This document shows, one piece after another, positions 9,282-19,663 of a DNA stretch of 64,000 nucleotides; position 1 is the first letter of the stretch; the number at the start of each line of letters is the position of its first letter. Made by a program: the position numbers and the translations under genes. The stretch is taken from positions 64,001-128,000 of IMG/VR virus record IMGVR_UViG_3300014203_000001, one strand, 5' to 3'. Under the pieces are notes generated by a model. That model had not been told where the DNA came from, made no database searches, and saw nothing but the letters and a program-made list of their open reading frames with translations. Source of the stretch: a virus. Taxonomy: Duplodnaviria; Caudoviricetes.

Positions 9282-11582
9282 ATGGCTCAATATAAATATA
9301 CTATAGAAATGACATTTGTGTGTGGAGAAACTGCTAAGAAGATCGAAGCAGAAAATATAAAGAGTTTCTTTATAGATAGTGATTATGAAAAGAATATTAT
9401 GCCAGCGATGTACGCAGTATTGAATATAGACAAGAATTTCTATGATGAGATAATAAAGAGTGCTAAGATAGCTATCATAAATACTAATATATATAAGATC
9501 GCAGTTGATGATAAGACTGAAACTAAGACTCTTACTGGGTATAGAGGGGCATGTTATTATTTCGTATCTGGTGATATAAACTACAATAAAGATATTGATT
9601 ATACTGGTCCTAATGCTGGTAGGAAAGATGTATATAAAGAAGTTCATTTAGGACTTATATACAAAGAATGTGTAGAGAATAATAAGCAGACTAATAATAC
9701 TACCATTGTTAATACAACTATGCTAAATTCTGTTATGAAATACATGCAGGATAAACCATTATTATTAGAAAATTTTACATACAATGAAGTTATATCACAG
9801 CTAATTGTTCCACCTAAAGATTCTCTGTATAAAACTATCGTATTTCTAAACTCTATAAAAGTATTTTATGATACCCCTTATAGATTCTTCATAGAGCCTG
9901 GGTGTATTTATCTAATAAGTAGTTCAGGTAAAGCTGTACCTAAAGCTAAAGAAAAGTATAAGAACGTTACATTTAAAATACACGCTATAACAGATAGCAA
10001 ATCTAATAAACTTGGTATGGATGAAGATAGCGATAACAAATTATATTCAGTAGATATAAGTGTATTAGATAGCCATTACACTATAGATAACGATACATGT
10101 AAAACAATAAACACAATCAGTTCTATAGTGAATCCAGCTAAGAGTAATTCTCTAATAGCTGGGAGTTCTATACAAACATCTTTGGCTAAAATCATTAAAG
10201 TAAAGAATGCTACTTTAAATAATATAATTAAGAAAGTAGCAGATATAAAGAAGATGGTATCCTCTACCAATACATGTAAAGTTATATTAAAATCTGATAG
10301 CAAAACAACTGATGTGAATATAGCATCTGTTAATGCTAATATCGATATAGCTATACAAGCTATTAAAGATGCACCAGAACCACCAGTTGCAGGAGAGGAT
10401 GGAGTTGTTCCTCCCCAAGATCCTAATGTAAAGTATATGACTTCTACTGAGAAACAAGCAAAGATAACTGAACTTACTAAAACTAAAAAAGATTTACTAG
10501 ATAAGCAAGCTAAAATGTCAACAATGAATGATGATTTTGTTAAGTCTAGTAATAAATTTATACAAGATTTAGGAAAAACAACCACTAATATACCAGGGAT
10601 GTTAAATTGCATACACCCTATAAATATAGCAGACAATATAGCCCCATTAAAATCATTATCTGGGGTGGTAACGAAATCTGCTTCTATTAATAATAAATTT
10701 ACTATAGATAGTTTATTGCCACATTCTGTTACAGCAAATGATATTAATAGTCTTATTGCCTCTTCTCATTCCACTATATCTGGACTGGGATTGCCAGGAT
10801 TAGAAGATGTAATAACTTCTGTATCGTCTAGTGTATCCGCAATCAATAGTGCGGCTACTAGAATTAATAGTACTATCAAAACATATCAAGCTTTTCCTGC
10901 TAAACTAAGTTCTATAAGTAGCACTATATCTACTCAACTTAAATCTTTTGATAAGATTAATACGAATATCAAATCTCAGTTTATAAATAAGAAAACAGAT
11001 CTTTCTACTACTCCTAATAAAAATAATAAGAGTTCTTCTAATAAGGCAACTTCTATAGCCACTGCTATGGTTGCAGGTAAAGTATTAGGTAGTCTAAAAT
11101 CTAAAGTGTTAAATTCATCAGCTTTAGCTGAGATAACTAAAGATATAACTAAGATAAAAGATATCTCTAGTCTAGGGCAATTAGGAGTTAGTAAATTTAA
11201 TATGAATCTTAATTTAGCAGGTGGGGTTAGCACGGTTACTGGCTCTAAGATAATTAAGATTGATAACGATAATGCCAATCAGCTAAAGAATATAAAAGCT
11301 AATATGGAAAATAAATCCAATAAACTTACTATAAATAAGAATGGATTAGATCTATCAGTGTTTACTATTAATAAAGAATATATAGTAAAGAACTATGATG
11401 CTCATTCTAATAAAGATGGTAAGTTTCTACTAAATAGAAAAGTAGAAATATTCATTAGAGAAGATAAGAAGTTTGTTTTGAATACTATGCTAGAGATGCA
11501 TAAACTAGCAGATGAAAACAAAACAGCTACAAAAGCAACAGAGTTAGGTAAAGATAAAAAGACTACTGATATTAAAAAATAA
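9282..11582 (+). CDS. putative virion structural (baseplate hub-like) protein with central S/T/K-rich insertion
   Basis: 766 aa, AGGAGG RBS; beta-rich N- and C-termini around a low-complexity helical middle; next to structural genes. Confidence 0.5.
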   Translation: MAQYKYTIEMTFVCGETAKKIEAENIKSFFIDSDYEKNIMPAMYAVLNIDKNFYDEIIKSAKIAIINTNIYKIAVDDKTETKTLTGYRGACYYFVSGDINYNKDIDYTGPNAGRKDVYKEVHLGLIYKECVENNKQTNNTTIVNTTMLNSVMKYMQDKPLLLENFTYNEVISQLIVPPKDSLYKTIVFLNSIKVFYDTPYRFFIEPGCIYLISSSGKAVPKAKEKYKNVTFKIHAITDSKSNKLGMDEDSDNKLYSVDISVLDSHYTIDNDTCKTINTISSIVNPAKSNSLIAGSSIQTSLAKIIKVKNATLNNIIKKVADIKKMVSSTNTCKVILKSDSKTTDVNIASVNANIDIAIQAIKDAPEPPVAGEDGVVPPQDPNVKYMTSTEKQAKITELTKTKKDLLDKQAKMSTMNDDFVKSSNKFIQDLGKTTTNIPGMLNCIHPINIADNIAPLKSLSGVVTKSASINNKFTIDSLLPHSVTANDINSLIASSHSTISGLGLPGLEDVITSVSSSVSAINSAATRINSTIKTYQAFPAKLSSISSTISTQLKSFDKINTNIKSQFINKKTDLSTTPNKNNKSSSNKATSIATAMVAGKVLGSLKSKVLNSSALAEITKDITKIKDISSLGQLGVSKFNMNLNLAGGVSTVTGSKIIKIDNDNANQLKNIKANMENKSNKLTINKNGLDLSVFTINKEYIVKNYDAHSNKDGKFLLNRKVEIFIREDKKFVLNTMLEMHKLADENKTATKATELGKDKKTTDIKK

Positions 11583-11585
11583 ATT

Positions 11586-11621
11586 ATATACCACTACTCT
11601 ATATATAGAGTAGTGGTATAT
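11586..11621. terminator. 36-bp perfect palindrome, bidirectional terminator between convergent genes
   Basis: atataccactactctatatatagagtagtggtatat. Confidence 0.75.
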
Positions 11622-11627
11622 TTTGTG

Positions 11628-13028
11628 TTATTTCATAGCTCCAAGAGCTTTCTTAATAGCATCTACTCCACCTGGGAAATTAGGATTAGTTTGTTTAGCT
11701 TTAGCATTGATCTCTCCAATAAGTTTGTTCTTTGCATTAGCATCTTTATTATTAGGATCTTCAATTTGTGCTATAGTTTTAGTATAGTAATCTTTATCTT
11801 TAGGATCTAAGTTTAGTGCAGATCTGTAATCCGATCCCGATTTGGCAACTTGAGTATCTCCATCTTTTCCTACATTAGCACTTACATGCATTCTAATTAG
11901 TTTCATATAATCATCGAATATTACATGAGCTGCAGTAAGCTTAGCTGCAAGAACAGCACCCGCATCTGTGTTATACGTTCTAATCTTCTTATCCAATTCT
12001 TCTAAATCGTCACCTTCTTGTACAGTTGGTTCTTTAGAAGTATGAACAGATTGCATATTAGCAGAAGCTTTCTGATCTCCAGTGGTAGCTGCAGCATTAC
12101 CAGATGTATTAGCAGCGGCTGCAGGGGTTTGTTTCTGAACTATTTGCATTCCATCACCTTCATTGATATATGAACCTATATAATTATCAATAGAAGACTC
12201 GCCTGTATATTCCCATTTATTAGTTGTAGTATTAATTTTCTTTGTTTTCTTTGGACCTGGGTTTCCAATTGGGTCGTTTTCACTACCAGGACCAGAGGTG
12301 GGAACGGCGTTATTGGCAGCGGCTGGAGGTGTTCCTCCTTCTGGTTTTGGTGGTTCGGTCTTTGCAGGTTCTGGATTTTTAGCCTTTTGAATATCTGCAC
12401 TAGCGTCATTGAAAGTTTTAGACAAAGTAACTTTATCTTTTTCAATAGCGGCTTTAGTCTTTTCAAAATCATGACAGTAGTTATACAAATCAGTCATATG
12501 AAGATTCTGCAGATTGGTAGTCTTTTTCTCTTCTCCACCTTCAAAGTATGCAACTGCATATCCTTTGAAGTCTTTATTAGCATCAGTGTAATCTTTTATT
12601 AGAAGAGTTTTAAAACTGATATCCGCAGAGTCTAATGGAATATCTTTCTTTACTGTACTAAATGCAGGAATAGGATTGGATACTAATCTGCGTATACCTT
12701 CATCGTATGGTCGCATTTCTAAATCTACATCTGCAGGTTTTTTATTTAAAATGATTTCTTTATACTTCTCAAGATAATCTTTTTCGCTAGCAATCATCTT
12801 GTTAGTAAACTCAACAAACTTAGCCCAGATTCTATTTAGGAATGCGATAAACTTATCCCATAAGCTTCTAATCTTATCTCCCACTGCTTCATGAATAGAA
12901 TCTAGTTTCTTATAAGAAGCTCCTTCATTAACACCAGTAATAGTTCTAATGAAACCATTCATCTTCTCATTCTCTACTGCACATTCTATTACATATTGAA
13001 AATATCTAGCATCTTCAGTATATCTCAT
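11628..13028 (-). CDS. internal head protein paralogue 4 (phiKZ-like family)
   Basis: IHE|AVGDKIRSLWDKFIAFLNRIWAKF amphipathic motif shared with the three neighbours. Confidence 0.65.
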   Translation of the reverse strand: MRYTEDARYFQYVIECAVENEKMNGFIRTITGVNEGASYKKLDSIHEAVGDKIRSLWDKFIAFLNRIWAKFVEFTNKMIASEKDYLEKYKEIILNKKPADVDLEMRPYDEGIRRLVSNPIPAFSTVKKDIPLDSADISFKTLLIKDYTDANKDFKGYAVAYFEGGEEKKTTNLQNLHMTDLYNYCHDFEKTKAAIEKDKVTLSKTFNDASADIQKAKNPEPAKTEPPKPEGGTPPAAANNAVPTSGPGSENDPIGNPGPKKTKKINTTTNKWEYTGESSIDNYIGSYINEGDGMQIVQKQTPAAAANTSGNAAATTGDQKASANMQSVHTSKEPTVQEGDDLEELDKKIRTYNTDAGAVLAAKLTAAHVIFDDYMKLIRMHVSANVGKDGDTQVAKSGSDYRSALNLDPKDKDYYTKTIAQIEDPNNKDANAKNKLIGEINAKAKQTNPNFPGGVDAIKKALGAMK

Positions 13029-13030
13029 GA

Positions 13031-14305
13031 TTATTCTACCTCCGATACATAGTTTGGAATTAATGAAAGATCTATAGATTCGTTATTCAAAGTAGATTTC
13101 AATGCATGATGTAATAGTCTATCTTTACGTTCTTTCATCGCAGGGCTATCATGCGGATCATGAACGTATTGCTTATCTAGATGATGATTCTTATCATGTT
13201 TGTCATCCGTAGGAACTGCATATGGATTATAATTATGACTAATCTCCTCATCTACTACAGCTTCATTCTTAGCAAGGATCTTCTTAAATGCTCCATATAG
13301 AATGCTCTTATCCTGCCCGTAGCAATCTTTTAACGCATCTAATTTAGCTGAAAAAGCCATCAGATGCATATTAGCAATAGTAGTGATCTCCTGAGATTTA
13401 GCTTTCATAAATAGATCATATAGAGCAATCTTATCAGAAGATGTATCACCATCTATAATATCTTCAATAGATACTACTTCTTTACCATCTTGGGTAATCT
13501 TGTTTACGCTATCTAATTTCTTCTGAATCTCATTATATTTCTTTTCTATATTATCAGAATGGCGTTGAGTAGAAGTTTTCATCTTATCATAGTTAGTAAA
13601 GAATGATAATGCCTCTGTAACGATAGCATTTGTTACACTAATCTTACTAGTAGATGAATCACCACTACGATATATCTTAAACAGCTCATCTTTGAAATCG
13701 GTTTCACTAATATTGCTTTTAGCTTTGATACAAGCTTTTCTAATATCATCCATATAAGAATTACCATTCTTTGTATCTAGGAAAGAATCGTATGCTGTTT
13801 TCATAGCATCTTTCCCTTTAGCTTTCCCACTAGCATCTTTAAAATCTGCAATAGAATCGTCTAACTTTTGTAAAGGATTGATAGATGGTACATCTTCTTC
13901 GAATTTGAATGTGTACCCTCTAATATCAAACTCATGAATAGAAGAGAACTTAGCGAGATCCCCTTTGTGTTGTTCAATATACTTATCTCTCATAAACAAT
14001 GAGTTAATTCTAACCCAGAACTTAGCTAGTAGATTCTTAAGAAATTTGATAATGGATTTGATGAACTTCTTAATCCCATCAAAGAAATCAGAGAATGATT
14101 CTCTAATAAGTATAGCATCTCCGCTAGATTCATTAATTCCTTTATATAGAGCGGCATTTAAATAAGTAAACTCTCTATTCTTATTAGACAGAAAGTCTAG
14201 GGTTTCAATAAAATAAGAATCATCATTATATGAATCAGTACTCTCTATAGTAACAATAGAAGTTTGTTCATCTAACAATGATAATGCGCTAAATAGTTTA
14301 GACAT
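13031..14305 (-). CDS. internal head protein paralogue 3
   Basis: IRE|SFSDFFDGIKKFIKSIIKFLKNLLAKF; His-rich C-terminal tail. Confidence 0.65.
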   Translation of the reverse strand: MSKLFSALSLLDEQTSIVTIESTDSYNDDSYFIETLDFLSNKNREFTYLNAALYKGINESSGDAILIRESFSDFFDGIKKFIKSIIKFLKNLLAKFWVRINSLFMRDKYIEQHKGDLAKFSSIHEFDIRGYTFKFEEDVPSINPLQKLDDSIADFKDASGKAKGKDAMKTAYDSFLDTKNGNSYMDDIRKACIKAKSNISETDFKDELFKIYRSGDSSTSKISVTNAIVTEALSFFTNYDKMKTSTQRHSDNIEKKYNEIQKKLDSVNKITQDGKEVVSIEDIIDGDTSSDKIALYDLFMKAKSQEITTIANMHLMAFSAKLDALKDCYGQDKSILYGAFKKILAKNEAVVDEEISHNYNPYAVPTDDKHDKNHHLDKQYVHDPHDSPAMKERKDRLLHHALKSTLNNESIDLSLIPNYVSEVE

Positions 14306-14330
14306 TTAATTTCCTCCTTTTATAATATAA

Positions 14331-14356
14331 CAGGGAATACCAATTGGTATTCCCTG
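14331..14356. terminator. 26-bp perfect palindrome
   Basis: cagggaataccaattggtattccctg. Confidence 0.65.
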
Positions 14357-14374
14357 CAATGTAGTTTTATTTAA

Positions 14375-15442
14375 TTATCGGAATTCTACAGAACCGAAGA
14401 TATCTTCAGAACTTCCACCGTATGACTGCCAGCTAGCAGATTCTTTAACAGAAGCACGGATTACTTGTGAAGCGAATCCTTTTGCTTGTGAAATTTCGTT
14501 AGAAATAGCAGTTACTTGAGCACCAAGATATGCTTGCTTTGCGGCTAAACAACCTTTGAATGCACTAACGATAACAGGATATGCAGCTGTTCTCTTACCA
14601 GCATCGCCATCTTTTGGATCTTTAGTTTGAGCAGTAATGCTAGTATTTTGGGCTTTTTCAGTTAACTTGATAATTTCATTAATGTCTTTCTCAAGTTGTT
14701 TATAGCTATCAGATGCATCTTTTGCTGCTTTATCGTTTCCTAATACTTTAGCCAAATATGCAAAATCTACACCATCAACTTCAGATTTTGTACTTTGCCC
14801 ATCTCTAAAATGTTCAAAAAGGGCTTTATTATATTCAGATGCGCTGTAAGATCCGCTAGTTTCTCCAAGACATGCAGAACGAAATCCTTCAATCTTATCA
14901 TCTAGTTTTTCTCTACCATCTATAATTTTTTGAGCATCAGTTGCGCTAAAATCTAACGATTGAGCAGAGACACTAAACATAGCTGCCACTGTATTCGCGA
15001 TGCCTTCCTTATTCATACTGTTTTTGCTATCAAGATGGGTAAATTTATAACCGTGGAATTTCACTTTATCTTTATCAATCTTACTGAACTTCTCAGCCAA
15101 TTCTTTCTTGTATTTATCAAAGAATGATTTACCACCTTTGAATTGAGCATCTACGCGGCTCATGAAGCTATTGAAGATACCTTTCAATTTAGCAAGAATA
15201 CTCATGAAGAATTTCTTCACTTTTTCCCAGAAAGATCTAATAGCACCTTCGTTTAATGCACATTCACCTGATTCGCGAAGTGCTTTGTTTTCATGTAGAC
15301 CAATCGTAGTCATAAGAGCATTGAAATTACTTTCAGACTCTGCTACTACAGCAAGTACTGCTTCGTGGTAGTTACTAATATAGCAAGGTACAGCTTGAAC
15401 TTCAACTGATGTACCTAATGTGCTTTCACCAAAAAAACTCAT
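14375..15442 (-). CDS. internal head protein paralogue 2
   Basis: MSFFGE start; LNE|GAIRSFWEKVKKFF. Confidence 0.7.
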   Translation of the reverse strand: MSFFGESTLGTSVEVQAVPCYISNYHEAVLAVVAESESNFNALMTTIGLHENKALRESGECALNEGAIRSFWEKVKKFFMSILAKLKGIFNSFMSRVDAQFKGGKSFFDKYKKELAEKFSKIDKDKVKFHGYKFTHLDSKNSMNKEGIANTVAAMFSVSAQSLDFSATDAQKIIDGREKLDDKIEGFRSACLGETSGSYSASEYNKALFEHFRDGQSTKSEVDGVDFAYLAKVLGNDKAAKDASDSYKQLEKDINEIIKLTEKAQNTSITAQTKDPKDGDAGKRTAAYPVIVSAFKGCLAAKQAYLGAQVTAISNEISQAKGFASQVIRASVKESASWQSYGGSSEDIFGSVEFR

Positions 15443-15457
15443 TATCTTTTCCTCCTC

Positions 15458-16570
15458 TTAATATACTGCTTCTAGAGCAGATAATACTTCATATTCAGCA
15501 GCTTCTTGTTCTACTTCAATCAATGAAGTATCTTCATGTTTCTTAGGATTGAATGCTACAATAGCAGCAGCAATTCTACGAGACTGAGCCACAGCAAATT
15601 TAATTTCAGTTAAAACAGCACTATTAGCAACACCAAGAGCTTCTTGCATAGCCTGAGCCTGCTTTTGTAAACGCGCAGCCAATTTCTGATGATTTTCAGC
15701 TTTACCACTAAATTTACCACCATCTGTTTTATCAGTATCTTTACCACTGAATTTATTACTGTAACCACCATGGGTTACATCTTTTGTACTGTCTACAGCA
15801 TAATCCGTAGCTTTACCTGCAAATTTTTCAATTTGTTTAAGGTAATTATTAAGACCTTTTTCTTGGTCTTCACCTAATTTCTTAAGTGTAGAAACTGGAT
15901 CTTTTTTGCCAGAAATATATTGAACATATTCGGCAATATTACTAGAGCTGACTTCGTGAGTAGCTTCTTCTGAATCGAAGCATTCATCATGGAAATCTTT
16001 ACGGAAAGATCCTTTACTAGCATTATTAACTTTAGGCACTACGATATCACTCAAATATTCATCCACTAAATCACTCTGAGATTTGTCGTCTGATAAATTT
16101 CCGTCTGGGCTGGCACCGTCTACATTTACTTTAATATTAGCAAAGCCAGATGTAGGTTTTGAATATTTCACTTTCAAACCATCAAGATCTTTTCCCGAGA
16201 AGATTTCTTTCTTATATTTATCAAAGAAAGCTCTACCGTCTTTACCCATCCAAGCTTCAAATTTAGCAATGAAGCCTTTAAAGATACCTTTAATTTTAGC
16301 GATAAGTTTTCTAACAAATGCTTTAACTTTTTCCCAGAAGCTAGATAAAGCACCTTCTTGCATTGCACTAACCTCTGATTCGCTAGCACCTTCTTGAACC
16401 ATTCTATGTTCTTGACGGTCAGCCATTAGAGATGCGGAAAACATATCCATATCATTTTGGAAACCTTCTACCATAAGCATTTGAGCACCAATTGTGCCGC
16501 TGTATCCTTCAGCAGCTTCTACACAAATATTGCCAATGCTGCCTATTTCGTTTTCACCGAAAAAACTCAT
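15458..16570 (-). CDS. internal head protein paralogue 1
   Basis: AGGAGG RBS gives an MSFFGE start at 16570; MQE|GALSSFWEKVKAFV. Confidence 0.7.
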   Translation of the reverse strand: MSFFGENEIGSIGNICVEAAEGYSGTIGAQMLMVEGFQNDMDMFSASLMADRQEHRMVQEGASESEVSAMQEGALSSFWEKVKAFVRKLIAKIKGIFKGFIAKFEAWMGKDGRAFFDKYKKEIFSGKDLDGLKVKYSKPTSGFANIKVNVDGASPDGNLSDDKSQSDLVDEYLSDIVVPKVNNASKGSFRKDFHDECFDSEEATHEVSSSNIAEYVQYISGKKDPVSTLKKLGEDQEKGLNNYLKQIEKFAGKATDYAVDSTKDVTHGGYSNKFSGKDTDKTDGGKFSGKAENHQKLAARLQKQAQAMQEALGVANSAVLTEIKFAVAQSRRIAAAIVAFNPKKHEDTSLIEVEQEAAEYEVLSALEAVY

Positions 16571-16634
16571 TGTATATTCCTCCTTAATAAAATTCATAAT
16601 ATTATTATTTATGGAGAATTAACCTCCATAGATT

Positions 16635-16646
16635 TATTATTATGTT
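16635..16646 (-). promoter_or_regulatory. putative late promoter AACA-N6-TA
   Basis: AACA-TAATAA-TA upstream of the head-protein operon. Confidence 0.5.
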
Positions 16647-16695
16647 TATGCAAACAAATAAATCATTGATATTATATTGCTATTTTAAGACAACC

Positions 16696-17013
16696 TTATT
16701 TGAATAATAGTGGGATAAGTACTAAAATGTGAGCAGCCTGGTCAATGTATAGACTCGTTGTAAGAGCTGTTTCTTTGGAAGCGTAGTGACACTTCCAATA
16801 ATCAACCACTGTATGGGATAGTATTAACAATATCAGCTTCCATATAGCAAATAATCCTAATAGATCGAGAATAGCAGATATGATTAGTGAATACATAATT
16901 ACATGGCAAAATAATAAGTAATTATTCTTACCTTTCATTGTAGCTAAAAAATCACTTTGTAGCGGAAAATCTGCCAAGTAGTGTCCTAAAACCAAATATA
17001 AAAATGGACTCAT
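16696..17013 (-). CDS. DUF3307-like membrane protein
   Basis: LGHYLADFPLQ..HVIMY..SHTVVD..DQAAH. Confidence 0.8.
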   Translation of the reverse strand: MSPFLYLVLGHYLADFPLQSDFLATMKGKNNYLLFCHVIMYSLIISAILDLLGLFAIWKLILLILSHTVVDYWKCHYASKETALTTSLYIDQAAHILVLIPLLFK

Positions 17014-17053
17014 TGTATATTCCTCCTTAATATTATTACTAAAATAGTTATCG

Positions 17054-19660
17054 CTATGAAATTATATTATACTTAATATCAGGTGAGCTATTTGAAAGGG
17101 TATTGATATTCAAAAACTCTGGAACTGTATTGGATTCTACAAACTCCTCTATATTAGTTTGCTTGTATATACTCTGTTTAATAGGACCATATCCATTAAG
17201 ATCTATGAACTTAATATACACTAATTGAGTTCTATACTTGGTGGTGATATATGTTATAAGATTTGGCATATGAAGATTATCAATTGTATTGATATCTTCT
17301 AGATATGCTTTGATATCTGTACTAATATCATCGGTGATTGTACTATACTGTGGCATAGTAAACTTAATCTCGAATGTAAGACTCATATTTACTCTATTCA
17401 AATAAGAAGCATTGTCTATATTATATAGCTTAGAAGGACCGTATGTATTAAAGAACTTAAAGTCTATTCCAAATGAATCTTCTAAGAATATTAAACATGA
17501 CTCTATCCAAATACGTCGATAGTCTATTAGAGATAAGAATATTTTTATTCGCTCTTCTGTATTTAGATAAGTGAATCTTATTAGTGGCATCTTCTTCATA
17601 AAATAATTATAAGAAGCATCTGTATTCTTCTTAAGAGAAATATATGATGTAATAATATTAGTATAATCATAATACAGATCCAATCCAGAACCTAAAATAC
17701 TATACACATTACATAGAGTATAATCGGTTAGATTAGGAATCATATTATCTACATTCTGTTCTCTACCATACTCTTCGTCTAACTTAGCTAGCATAAACAA
17801 TCTAAGATCTACATTAGCAGGAAGATATGCTTTAGCTTCAGTATCTGTTCCTATCTCTTTCATACCAGTTTCAATTATAATTCTACCACTTCTATCTATA
17901 ATATCATTAGTTGTAAACTCTAGTTGGAAAGTATAGATAAACTCATTATCATCATAACTTATAAGTTTAGCGGTAGTATATCTACAAGCAACCCCATCTA
18001 TATATACAACCCCAAATACTTTAATAAAGCAATCAGTTATAACACCATCATCGTCTGTATTTATCAAACCATAATCAACGTTGATATTTTGCGTCATCTC
18101 TACTGTAACTTTATAAGTATTTCTATCAGTATAGAATAATCTTTTACATTTAAGACTGGTCGCAACAAACTGTAGTTGAGACTTAGTATTGATATAATCA
18201 AACGTAAGTGTTCTGCTATAGTCTAAAATATTTAGATAGTACGATACAAAGAATGGATTCTTGTTTATAATAGTCAAGAACGGATTCATAAATAAGAACC
18301 CACTTGTATCGTACGCTGCAATTTCAGCAGTGCTTAATGTAGCTGGAAGCCCAACTGTGGTATTACTATCATAATAGAATGCAGATCCTGGAGCCATTAT
18401 ATAATTCTCTTTATTTATATTCTTAAACATAGCCCTTCCAACTTCTACATCTAGCGTATTAGTAGGCACTATATTATTATCCGTCTTTAGAAGAAGATAA
18501 GAATAATATAATCTCTCTGACTGATTGTGAACTTTTTCTAAGAAGTGCAGTCTACAATCAGCAGAGTTTAGAGAATTAAAGTAGTTATTGATATCAGTAT
18601 ATGTAGTAACTACTCCTCTCGATAATGCTTCTTTTGGAATAGCTTCTTTCAATTCTTCGATAGTTTGCCGATCAGAGCCAGATTCAGAATCTGAGTTTGG
18701 TTTTGTTACCATAAACATATTGTCATAAGAAAACCTCTCTGAAGTTATATCCTGTATAATATTAGCGGTATAAGAGAAGTTGCATTCCGATCCTTTTGTG
18801 GTATATACATTGATAGTCACTTCACAATTGGATCTAGGTTGATATGAATCTCTATTGAATTTGATTCTTATTGTTTTGGAGTCGATATACATGTAATTAC
18901 AAAACTCATATCCACTAGTATAGTCATATAGTCCATCATATACAGAAGTTAGATAGTGTGTATTATTTCCTTCTTTAACTTCTACTGTGAAATATGCTAA
19001 CTGATCTTCAAATGCGAAATTAATAACTTTATTTTCCAATGGATTAGTAATTATAATCTTCTTATATATAGTACTATGTGTAACCTGTCTGATAGTGGTA
19101 TTTAACATAATGAGATTAGTACCACTCATTGTTACATTACCAAGAGTGGGAAGATATGGATTAGTAATATCAGTAATAGCATTTCTATCATTAAGGTCAT
19201 ACATCGCTGTGTATACATACGTTCCATTAGGAAGAAGAGTTCGTTCTATAACGATATCAAAATCTGTATGGTATTCGTACGTGCCAATTTTAATAGCTAC
19301 CTCTTTATCTAAGACAAATTTATCATCTACCATATTATTTAGAAGATTTTCTTCTGGTATACAGATAAAAACATTCATCTCTGCAGGAGCAGCACATAGT
19401 TTTTTTATACCTAGCGATAAAGCATGGCATATTACATTCCTATCAAACTTAGCTTTAGTAGGTATTGCTTCGTTAGAATATTCAGATGCCATTATAGTTG
19501 CATTTTCTATACTATTACTAAATATCTCAGAAAGATATCCATATATACCCATAGTAAGAGTATCTTCAGGTATATCTATAAATTTAGATTTTACACTATC
19601 TACAAATGTAGCTATTTGATACATGTCGGTGGATGCTATAGTAGAAGTAGTATCTGCCAT
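17054..19660 (-). CDS. putative baseplate wedge protein
   Basis: 868 aa; YTTKGSECN..SGSDRQTIEELKEAI..VTTYTD is a baseplate J/gp6-like motif. Confidence 0.7.
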   Translation of the reverse strand: MADTTSTIASTDMYQIATFVDSVKSKFIDIPEDTLTMGIYGYLSEIFSNSIENATIMASEYSNEAIPTKAKFDRNVICHALSLGIKKLCAAPAEMNVFICIPEENLLNNMVDDKFVLDKEVAIKIGTYEYHTDFDIVIERTLLPNGTYVYTAMYDLNDRNAITDITNPYLPTLGNVTMSGTNLIMLNTTIRQVTHSTIYKKIIITNPLENKVINFAFEDQLAYFTVEVKEGNNTHYLTSVYDGLYDYTSGYEFCNYMYIDSKTIRIKFNRDSYQPRSNCEVTINVYTTKGSECNFSYTANIIQDITSERFSYDNMFMVTKPNSDSESGSDRQTIEELKEAIPKEALSRGVVTTYTDINNYFNSLNSADCRLHFLEKVHNQSERLYYSYLLLKTDNNIVPTNTLDVEVGRAMFKNINKENYIMAPGSAFYYDSNTTVGLPATLSTAEIAAYDTSGFLFMNPFLTIINKNPFFVSYYLNILDYSRTLTFDYINTKSQLQFVATSLKCKRLFYTDRNTYKVTVEMTQNINVDYGLINTDDDGVITDCFIKVFGVVYIDGVACRYTTAKLISYDDNEFIYTFQLEFTTNDIIDRSGRIIIETGMKEIGTDTEAKAYLPANVDLRLFMLAKLDEEYGREQNVDNMIPNLTDYTLCNVYSILGSGLDLYYDYTNIITSYISLKKNTDASYNYFMKKMPLIRFTYLNTEERIKIFLSLIDYRRIWIESCLIFLEDSFGIDFKFFNTYGPSKLYNIDNASYLNRVNMSLTFEIKFTMPQYSTITDDISTDIKAYLEDINTIDNLHMPNLITYITTKYRTQLVYIKFIDLNGYGPIKQSIYKQTNIEEFVESNTVPEFLNINTLSNSSPDIKYNIIS

Positions 19661-19663
19661 TTA

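Larger units (their letters stand above)
16565..17032. repeat. 25-bp exact direct repeat (16565-16589 and 17008-17032) flanking the DUF3307 gene
   Basis: actcattgtatattcctccttaata occurs twice; it is the RBS plus ATG-AGT. Confidence 0.85.
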
